DNA of 64,000 nt from Candidatus Sericytochromatia bacterium (GTDB lineage: Bacteria; Cyanobacteriota; Sericytochromatia; S15B-MN24; VGJW01): the NCBI GenBank assembly GCA_035285865.1, contig JAYKHS010000030.1, positions 1-64,000 on the forward strand, given 5' to 3'. This document shows, piece by piece, positions 56,008-64,000 of the stretch. Position 1 is the first letter of the stretch; each line of letters opens with the position of its first letter. Under the pieces are notes generated by a model. That model was not told the DNA's origin. It made no database searches and saw nothing but the letters and a program-made list of their open reading frames with translations. The translations under genes and the position numbers were made by a program.

Positions 56008-56060
56008 TTGACGCCGGTACGGGCGCTGGTATCCTGAAAGGGTACTCATTTGGTCCCGTT
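56008..56060 (+). promoter_or_regulatory. Sigma70-type promoter of the suf operon plus probable Rrf2 operator
   Basis: TTGACG (56008-13)-N16-TATCCT (56030-35) with extended TG, then imperfect inverted repeat AAAGGGTAC-TCATTT-GGTCCCGTTT. Confidence 0.6.
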
Positions 56061-56064
56061 TAGC

Positions 56065-56568
56065 GTGTTCCGCATCAACCGACTTACCGACTACGCCCTG
56101 GTCATCCTGGGGCGCCTCGCCGCGTCCGGGAAGGGCGCCAGCCAGAGCGCGGCCGAACTGGCCGAGGCCACCCAGTTGCCTTTGCCCACGGTCATCAAGG
56201 TGCTCAAGACCCTTGCTCGCGAAGGCGTTCTGGATTCCGTCCGGGGCGCGCGCGGCGGTTATCGCCTGGTGCGGCCGGCCGAATCCCTGACGGTGCTCGA
56301 GGTTCTGGAGGCCATGGAGGGCCCCGTAGCGGTCACCGAATGCGTCGAGCCGGGGACGGAGGCCGGTTGTGCTTATGCGTCCGCTTGCGTGGCGCGTGGG
56401 CCTTGGGGCCGCATCAACGTGGCCTTGCGCGCGGCGCTGGCCGAGGTGGTCCTCGCCGATCTCGACACGCACGCGGGCGCTGCGCCGATGGTGCCGATGC
56501 CGGCGCATGCAGGGTCATGTTCTTCCGGGGGCTGCGCAGCCCCTTCTGCCGCGGGGGCCAGCAGATGA
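56065..56568 (+). CDS. Rrf2-family SUF system Fe-S assembly regulator
   Basis: [32 protein letters not shown]; heads the suf operon. Confidence 0.92.
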   Translation: MFRINRLTDYALVILGRLAASGKGASQSAAELAEATQLPLPTVIKVLKTLAREGVLDSVRGARGGYRLVRPAESLTVLEVLEAMEGPVAVTECVEPGTEAGCAYASACVARGPWGRINVALRAALAEVVLADLDTHAGAAPMVPMPAHAGSCSSGGCAAPSAAGASR

Positions 56569-58016
56569 GCGATGCCGCAACCCTGAAGGGTATCACCGAG
56601 CAGGAGTATGCCTACGGCTTTGTCACGGACGTGGAGACCGAGACGTTGCCCAAGGGGCTTTCCGAGGACATCGTCCGGGCCATCTCGGCCAAGAAGGGCG
56701 AACCCGAGTGGCTGCTCGAGTGGCGTCTGAAGGCCTACCGCCAGTGGTTGCGCATGCTGGAGCGCGACGGCGAGCCCACTTGGGCCAGGCTTGAGGTGGC
56801 AAAGGTCGATTATCAGGACCTGCATTACTACGCGGCCCCGAAGGCTGCCGAGGCGCCGAAGAGTCTGGATGAGGTCGACCCTGAGATTCGCAAGACCTTC
56901 GACAAGTTGGGCATTCCGCTCGTCGAGCAGATGCGCCTTTCCGGCATTGCGGTCGATGCCGTCTTCGACAGCGTGTCCGTGGCCACCACCTTCAAGGACA
57001 AGCTGGCCGAACTGGGCATCATCTTCTGCAGCTTCAGCGAGGCCGTGCACGACCATCCTGATCTGGTGCGCAAGTACCTCGGCAGTGTCGTGCCGCCTAC
57101 GGACAACTTCTATGCCGCGCTGAATTCGGCAGTCTTCAGCGACGGTTCGTTCTGCTACATCCCGCCCGGCGTGCGCTGTCCGATGGAGCTGTCCACCTAC
57201 TTCCGGATCAACGCCGCAAGCACCGGCCAGTTCGAACGAACCCTTCTCGTTGCAGACGCGGGAGCCTACGTCAGCTATCTCGAAGGCTGCACGGCACCTC
57301 GACGGGACGAGAATCAGTTGCATGCGGCGGTTGTCGAGTTGGTCGCCCTTGAGGACGCCACCATAAAGTATGCGACGGTCCAGAACTGGTATCCGGGGGA
57401 CGCCGAGGGGCGTGGCGGCATCTACAACTTCGTCACCAAGCGCGGCAAGGCTTTCGCACGGGCCAAGATCAGCTGGACGCAGGTCGAGACCGGGTCGGCC
57501 ATCACGTGGAAGTATCCGTCCGTCATCCTGTTCGGTGACGACTCCGTCGGCGAGTTCTACTCCGTGGCGCTGGCCAACAACCGCCAGCAGGCGGATACGG
57601 GCACCAAGATGATTCATGTCGGGCGCAACACGCGCAGCACGATCGTCTCGAAGGGCATTTCGGCCGGTCGTGGTCAGAACACCTATCGCGGCCTGGTCAA
57701 GGTGCTGCCCGGGGCTGACGGTGCCCGGAACCACGCCCAGTGCGACTCGCTGCTGATGGGAGATCGCTGCGGGGCCCACACCTTCCCGACGGTGGACGTG
57801 GCCAATCCGACAGCCATCATCGAACACGAGGCCACGACCTCGAAGATCAGCGAAGACCAACTCTTCTACTGCCAACAGCGGGGCATGTCCGCCGAGGATG
57901 CTGTCTCGCTCATCGTCAACGGATTCTGCAAGGACGTGCTGCGCGAACTGCCCATGGAGTTCGCGGTCGAGGCTCAGAAGCTTCTGGGATTGAGCCTCGA
58001 AGGCAGCGTGGGTTGA
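56565..58016 (+). CDS. sufB: Fe-S cluster assembly protein SufB (483 aa)
   Basis: [46 protein letters not shown]. Confidence 0.97.
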   Translation: MSDAATLKGITEQEYAYGFVTDVETETLPKGLSEDIVRAISAKKGEPEWLLEWRLKAYRQWLRMLERDGEPTWARLEVAKVDYQDLHYYAAPKAAEAPKSLDEVDPEIRKTFDKLGIPLVEQMRLSGIAVDAVFDSVSVATTFKDKLAELGIIFCSFSEAVHDHPDLVRKYLGSVVPPTDNFYAALNSAVFSDGSFCYIPPGVRCPMELSTYFRINAASTGQFERTLLVADAGAYVSYLEGCTAPRRDENQLHAAVVELVALEDATIKYATVQNWYPGDAEGRGGIYNFVTKRGKAFARAKISWTQVETGSAITWKYPSVILFGDDSVGEFYSVALANNRQQADTGTKMIHVGRNTRSTIVSKGISAGRGQNTYRGLVKVLPGADGARNHAQCDSLLMGDRCGAHTFPTVDVANPTAIIEHEATTSKISEDQLFYCQQRGMSAEDAVSLIVNGFCKDVLRELPMEFAVEAQKLLGLSLEGSVG

Positions 58017-58022
58017 GGAAGG

Positions 58023-58780
<758 letters not shown>

Positions 58781-58784
<4 letters not shown>

Positions 58785-59992
58785 CGCATCCCGTTCTGGA
58801 TGGGTTGCGCCCGGGCACGGCGTCGCCCGTGTCTGCCCCGTGGCGTCAGGGTGCGTGGTCGCGCCTCGAACGCGATGGTGTGCCCCATCGGCGGCAGGAG
58901 GCGTGGCGGACGACGGATCCGGCTCCCTTCCTGGATCGTCTCGCGCAGGGTCAGGCAGCAGTGGCCCAGGAGCCCCCGACAGGTGCACTTGTCCTGAATG
59001 CGGACGGTACTTGGACGCTGCCAGCGGAAGATATCCCGGGCATTCGTGCGCGCAGCCTGGAGGATGCCTGCGAAGAGGGGACCGCGGTGTCGGACTGGCT
59101 TGCGGGAACCTCCGGGGCGATGGGGCTCGCGGATGTGGTTCGTGCCGGTGCATCGGGCGGCGGTGTCCTCGAGATAGCGGGCATCATCGAACAGCCTTTG
59201 CGCGTGTGGCGGACGCCGGCTGCGGGTGCGGCGATCCTGCCGCCGCTGCTCGTCGTGCTGGCTCCCGGTGCCCGGGTCGTGATCGAGGACCTCGGCGGTG
59301 CGGCAGGTACCCTGCTTACGGCCGGCCACGGCGTGGTCGGCCCTGATGCGCGCTTGCACTGGGTGCGGCATGTCTCGGCCGCCCTCGGGACGACCTGGTG
59401 GCAGGACACCCAGTCCTTCCGGGTAGAGGCCGGGGGGGAGCTGGATGTTCACGTGGTGGTCACGGGCGCTTCCTGGCTGCGGATGGATTTGCCGGTCGCG
59501 CTCGTCGGCGAAAATGCATCCTTCAGTTATCGTGGGCTGATTGCCAATCCGGCCGATGGCCATGCGGACCTCCGGCTGGATTTGCGCCACCGGGCCTCGC
59601 GGACGACCAGTCGTCAGGTGCATCGCGGCTTGCACGGTCGTGGTGCACGCGGCATCTTCACCGGATTGGTTCACGTGGTCGAAGGCGTGGGGGCCGTGCG
59701 ATCGGATCAGGAGTTGCGGGCCCTGATGCTGGCCGAGGGTGCCTCTGCCCTGTGCCAGCCCCAGCTCGAGATTCTCGCCGACGACGTTGCCTGCAGCCAC
59801 GGTGCGACGGTCGGCCAACTGGACGAGGATGCCTTGTTCTACCTGCGTGCGCGTGGCTTGGATGCTCCAACGGCGCGGGCCCTTCTGGCCGCCGCCTTCG
59901 CGCAGCCTGCCTTGGAGGGCTTGCCTTCCGGAACGGCACAGGCCGTGCGGACCGACCTTGCTCGTGCGGGGCTGGCGGAGGTGGGATCATGA
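58781..59992 (+). CDS. sufD: Fe-S cluster assembly protein SufD (403 aa)
   Basis: EAWRTTD, PQLEILADDVACSHGATVGQLDEDALFYLRARG. Confidence 0.92.
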
Positions 59993-61230
59993 GCGGCGTG
60001 ATCCGGGAGGTCGCGGCGGATCCTGCCGCGTGGCGTGCGGACTTTCCCATCCTGAGCCGAACCTTTCGAGAGAAGCCGCTTGTCTATCTCGACAGTGCTG
60101 CGACGACGCAGAAGCCACAAGCCGTGATCGATGCCGTGACGCGGTTCTACGCCTGGGAAAATGCGAACGTTCACCGCGGTGTCTACAAGCTGTCCGAGGA
60201 GGCCTCTGCGCGATTCGAAGCCGTGCGACCGCAGGTTGCACGCTTTATCGGTGCTCCTGGGCCACGTGGAGTCATCTTTGTCCGGGGGGCCACCGAGGGC
60301 ATCAATCTCGTGGCCAGCACGTGGGGCAGAACCCACGTCGGCGAGGGTGACGAAGTGCTCATCACCGGCATGGAACACCACGCCAACCTCGTGCCCTGGC
60401 AGCAGCTCTGCCTGCAGTCGGGGGCTCGGCTCGTCGTCGCGCCGCTGCTGGATGACGGCTCGTTGGACCTTGAGGCGTGGCAGAACCTGCTGGGTCCGAA
60501 GACCCGCATGGCGGCCATGGTGCATGTCTCCAATGCGCTGGGCACCGTGAACCCCGTCCGGGACATGGTGTCGGCCGCGCGCGCGGCGGGTGCCGTGACC
60601 CTGGTCGACGGCTCTCAGGCTGCGCCCCACATGTCAGTCGACATTTCCGCCATCGGTTGCGACTTCTACGTCTTCAGCGGCCACAAGGTCTACGGTCCGA
60701 CCGGGATCGGCGTGCTCTGGGGGCGTGAGGAACTGCTCGAGGAGATGCCCCCGTATCACCTTGGCGGCGACATGATCCTGTCCGTCACCTTCGAGGAGAC
60801 GGTATTCAACGAGATTCCCCACAAGTTCGAAGCCGGGACCCCCCACGTCGAGGGCGTTCTGGGCTTGTCGGCGGCCATGACCTACCTCGAGTCGTTGGGC
60901 CTCGACAGGGTGCGTGACCATGAGGATGCCTTGCTGGCGTACGGGACGAACCTGCTTCAGGACGTGCCCGGATTGCGCATGGTCGGTACAGCCACGCACA
61001 AGGCGGGCGTGCTCGGCTTCGTGATGGACGGGGTGCACCCCCACGATCTCGGCACGCTTCTGGATGCCCGGGGCATCGCCATACGGGCCGGTCACCACTG
61101 CGCACAGCCGGTGATGAAACGCTTCGGCGTGCCGGCCACGGCTCGGGCATCCCTTGGCCTCTACAACAGGCGCGAGGATCTGGAGGCGCTTGCGGAAGGC
61201 CTTCTGGCGATCCGGCGCATGTTCGGTTGA
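59989..61230 (+). CDS. sufS: Cysteine desulfurase SufS (413 aa)
   Basis: YLDSAATTQKP, MEHHANLVPWQ, SGHKVYGPTG, RAGHHCAQP. Confidence 0.96.
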   Translation: MSGVIREVAADPAAWRADFPILSRTFREKPLVYLDSAATTQKPQAVIDAVTRFYAWENANVHRGVYKLSEEASARFEAVRPQVARFIGAPGPRGVIFVRGATEGINLVASTWGRTHVGEGDEVLITGMEHHANLVPWQQLCLQSGARLVVAPLLDDGSLDLEAWQNLLGPKTRMAAMVHVSNALGTVNPVRDMVSAARAAGAVTLVDGSQAAPHMSVDISAIGCDFYVFSGHKVYGPTGIGVLWGREELLEEMPPYHLGGDMILSVTFEETVFNEIPHKFEAGTPHVEGVLGLSAAMTYLESLGLDRVRDHEDALLAYGTNLLQDVPGLRMVGTATHKAGVLGFVMDGVHPHDLGTLLDARGIAIRAGHHCAQPVMKRFGVPATARASLGLYNRREDLEALAEGLLAIRRMFG

Positions 61231-61240
61231 GGAGTGCAGG

Positions 61241-61690
61241 ATGGACGAACTCAGGGACCTCTATCAGGAAGTGATCCTGGACCACAACCGCAGCCCGCGT
61301 AATCGTCGCCCGCTGGCGGACGCCACGCATCGAGCGAACGGCCACAACCCGCTGTGTGGAGACCAACTCGTCGTGCAGTTGCGCTGCGCCGACGGTCGTG
61401 TGCTCGAGGCCGCCTTCGAGGGAGATGGGTGTGCCATTTCCACCGCATCGGCTTCACTGATGACGGAAGGCATCCGGGGGCGCAACGAAGATGAGGTCCG
61501 CGCCATGCACGAGCAGTTCCATCGCCTGGTGACCACCGGGGATGCAGATCTGGACCGGCTGGGCAAGCTCGCCGCCTTGGCGGGAGTCGCCGAATACCCG
61601 GCGCGCGTGAAGTGCGCGAGTCTCGCGTGGCACACCCTTCTGGCCGCGCTGGACCGCAAACTGGACGCACCTGTCTCGACGGAGGCCTGA
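61241..61690 (+). CDS. sufU: SUF system NifU-like sulfur carrier SufU (149 aa)
   Basis: LYQEVILDH, NPLCGD, GCAISTASAS, RVKCASLAWH. Confidence 0.93.
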   Translation: MDELRDLYQEVILDHNRSPRNRRPLADATHRANGHNPLCGDQLVVQLRCADGRVLEAAFEGDGCAISTASASLMTEGIRGRNEDEVRAMHEQFHRLVTTGDADLDRLGKLAALAGVAEYPARVKCASLAWHTLLAALDRKLDAPVSTEA

Positions 61691-61693
61691 CGC

Positions 61694-62062
61694 ATGTCGG
61701 AACTGGAATCGAAGATGCCCCCTGTTTCGGCCCGAGCGCCTCTGGGGTCGGAAGAGATGGCGCGCCTCGAGGAAGAGATGGTCGCCGTCCTCAAGACCGT
61801 CCATGACCCCGAGATCCCCGTGGACATCTACGAACTCGGCCTGATTTACGAGCATCGGGTGGCTGCCGATCGGACGGCGTACGTCGTGATGACGCTGACC
61901 TCCCCTGGATGCCCGGTTGCCGGCAGCATGCCCGGCGAGGTCCGGCAGAAGATCGAGGCCATCGAGGGCATCGACGTAGCCGAAGTCGAGGTCACGTGGG
62001 ATCCGGCATGGACCCGCGACATGATGTCGGAAGTGGCCAAGCTCCAGCTCAACATGTACTGA
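61694..62062 (+). CDS. sufT: DUF59 / SufT Fe-S assembly protein (122 aa)
   Basis: VHDPEIPVDIYELGLIY, MTLTSPGCP, WDPAWTRDMMS. Confidence 0.9.
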   Translation: MSELESKMPPVSARAPLGSEEMARLEEEMVAVLKTVHDPEIPVDIYELGLIYEHRVAADRTAYVVMTLTSPGCPVAGSMPGEVRQKIEAIEGIDVAEVEVTWDPAWTRDMMSEVAKLQLNMY

Positions 62063-62103
62063 GGGGGGCACCAGCCGGCATCCCCCTCGTCGGCGCGTGG
62101 CCC

Positions 62104-62985
62104 TCAGCGGAAGCCGAGGCCGAACGAGATCGTGACGGTTTGCAGCCAGTTTTCGGCGAAGCCATCGCTGAACGGTTGCTTGATGCGCTCGGTGCCCTTG
62201 GCGCCGCCCCCCAGATAGCGCAGATTGGCGAATACGTCATAGGACGGGGACAGGGCAAGACCCGTTCGCAGCGAGGCATCGAGCAGTGCTCCCTCGAAGG
62301 GGAAGTCCACGCCGTTGAAACCGGCGCTGGTGGCGTAGGAACCGTCGGCATCGACGGCCCACCACGCTCTGCCACCCAGGGGCTGGCGTGCGCGGAACTT
62401 CAGCAGGGGCACGGGACCGAGGTCGGTGCGGACGACGCGCTGTTCGCCGTTGGCCGATGAAAAGACGGACACGGCGTTTCGAAGCTGAAGACTGAGGCCC
62501 AGACCGAGTTCACGGTCTGGGTCGAGGTCGAAGTCATACAGGTAGCTGGTGCGGTAGAAGTCGAAGCCGTAGCGCACATCCAGCGGTGTCGCTCGCTTGA
62601 AAGTGATTTCCTCGACGCGCTCGTCCTTGGTCGTGACGGTCTGCGTGCGCAGATCGATGGGCTGGTAAAGGAAGGTCCACTTGTGCCGCTCACCGAAGGT
62701 CAGCCCGGCCTGCAGGCGCTGGAACGGGAAGAGCGTGTCCTGTCTGCCATCGGCGACATAGTCGAATACCGTGCCCTGCGAGCCGTACTGGATCTTGTGG
62801 GTGATGACGCTGACAGCACCAAGCTCGATCTGGCCATCGATACGGATGTCCGTACCGGGCGGGTTGGGCACGGGAAAGCCCCACTGTCCGACGACCGACC
62901 CCTGCGAGAGTTCGACCTCCGCCCCGAATGCCGGCGTACCCGGAAAGCCCAGCAGGAGTGAGGCGACCAAGGTTTTGCGCAGCAT
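62104..62985 (-). CDS. Hypothetical outer-membrane beta-barrel protein (293 aa)
   Basis: Sec signal peptide, alternating aromatic beta-strands, C-terminal ISFGLGFR; RBS GGAG. Confidence 0.78.
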   Translation of the reverse strand: MLRKTLVASLLLGFPGTPAFGAEVELSQGSVVGQWGFPVPNPPGTDIRIDGQIELGAVSVITHKIQYGSQGTVFDYVADGRQDTLFPFQRLQAGLTFGERHKWTFLYQPIDLRTQTVTTKDERVEEITFKRATPLDVRYGFDFYRTSYLYDFDLDPDRELGLGLSLQLRNAVSVFSSANGEQRVVRTDLGPVPLLKFRARQPLGGRAWWAVDADGSYATSAGFNGVDFPFEGALLDASLRTGLALSPSYDVFANLRYLGGGAKGTERIKQPFSDGFAENWLQTVTISFGLGFR

Positions 62986-63084
62986 GACGTTCTCCCGTTA
63001 AGTCAGGGGGCTTTCCGCCATGCTGCACCAGTCGGCTGCGATTGTCCAACAATTGTCTAGATTATTGAGCAACGGGGGCATGCC

Positions 63085-64000
63085 CTAGCTTGAGGGGACG
63101 CCAGCCCGAGCGCTGACGCGCACGTCGTCGGGTGGTGCAGCGAAGAGTCCCGTCTCCCCCAAGCGGTCACGGAAGTAACCACTGATCGTGCCGGGTGCCT
63201 CACTGTATGTGCCGTCGGGTCGCCGGCCCATGCGGTCGTCGTATTTGGCCCAGTTTCCCTTGCCCTCGCGCAGCACGGGGTAGGTGCCTGCCGGATCGTG
63301 TATGGCAAGCCCGCGTGACGCAGAACCGAACTCGCGCATCACTTGGTCGAAGATCGGCTGCAGGACGTTCTTCTGCTCGTGAATGCCAAGCAGCAGGTTT
63401 CCCCGGTGCATGGCCGCCGCACGCGCAGCGGGTTCCGAGGTCCTGCGGGCCTCCTGATAGGCGGTGAAGGCGTCCCGGATCAAGCCATCCGGATCCCTGA
63501 TCTGGCCCGAGGCATAGCCTTCTGCGGCCAAAGCCAGAACACCGTCCCGGCCCTTTGATTCCGCATCGAGGAAGATGGCGAATGCCGGAGCGATATGGTC
63601 ATGGACCGTACGGTTCCCCTGCTCCAGTCGGATGGCCATCGCCTCGACGGATCGGGATACCCTGGGGATGGCGCGGAGCAATTTCGCGGCTGGCCATAGG
63701 CCGGGGGCAAGCAGGTCCATGGTCTTCAGGTCGGCCTCTGCGAGGACCATGGATACCGCTTGTCTCAGGGCACCTTGCTGAGCCATGATGCCCGCCAGGT
63801 CATCGGCAACCTTGGGTCCCCACTGGTGCACCCGATGGGGTTCCCGAGACAGGCCATGCTTGAGTTCCGCGAGCAGGCGCCTCGTCAGTGCCATGCTGCG
63901 CAGGGCAACGCCCACTTCATGCGAAGCATGCTGACCGAAGGCCATCCAGCTCGGGTGCTCGGGTTGCCCGAGCCAGGCCCTGAATGATTCCGACAGGGCG
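63085..64000 (-). CDS. Hypothetical protein, 5'-truncated by the window end
   Basis: The frame of ORF 63085..63945 stays open to 64000 (ALSESFRAWLGQPEHPSWMAFG...); contains NLLLGIHEQ and GNWAKYDDRM. Confidence 0.72.
   Translation of the reverse strand, partial: ALSESFRAWLGQPEHPSWMAFGQHASHEVGVALRSMALTRRLLAELKHGLSREPHRVHQWGPKVADDLAGIMAQQGALRQAVSMVLAEADLKTMDLLAPGLWPAAKLLRAIPRVSRSVEAMAIRLEQGNRTVHDHIAPAFAIFLDAESKGRDGVLALAAEGYASGQIRDPDGLIRDAFTAYQEARRTSEPAARAAAMHRGNLLLGIHEQKNVLQPIFDQVMREFGSASRGLAIHDPAGTYPVLREGKGNWAKYDDRMGRRPDGTYSEAPGTISGYFRDRLGETGLFAAPPDDVRVSARAGVPSS

Overview
GC-rich (about two-thirds G+C by eye) chromosomal window from a diderm bacterium. The lipoprotein family in the first 18 kb recalls non-photosynthetic Cyanobacteriota relatives such as Ca. 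Sericytochromatia; this is from memory and unverified. In order: (1) a tRNA cluster (3' end of one tRNA, Ala-TGC, Ala-CGC) with a terminator; (2) a ~17 kb array of ten predicted surface lipoproteins, five of which share an N-terminal domain I cannot assign to a named family, followed by IPT/TIG and variable beta-propellers, plus two CLec/FGE-fold paralogues; (3) a GH15 lipoprotein; (4) a PHA locus (exported lipase/depolymerase-like hydrolase, PhaR/E-like subunit, phasin-like protein, phaC); (5) a phosphate-transport operon followed by a MalT-like/BTAD (SARP) regulator, acyl-CoA ligase, FabG/PhaB-type reductase and MFS transporter; (6) a Zn/Mn uptake locus with a Fur-family-like operator; (7) MCP-ppk1, a GH13 lipoprotein, MCP-mutL, a TPR/DnaJ/fliJ/fliK unit, alr, small hypotheticals, a complete Rrf2-sufBCDSUT operon, a beta-barrel protein and a gene cut by the window end. 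Best leads: an 11-bp-spaced TGTAAC direct repeat in front of three PHA-related units, pointing to an unannotated SARP-controlled PHA regulon; the modular lipoprotein array; and five phased TCCACC (DnaA-box-like) repeats at 51.44-51.52 kb. No integrase, transposase, reverse transcriptase or CRISPR array was seen. Many start codons were moved from the ORF track using RBS, -10 or overlap evidence.
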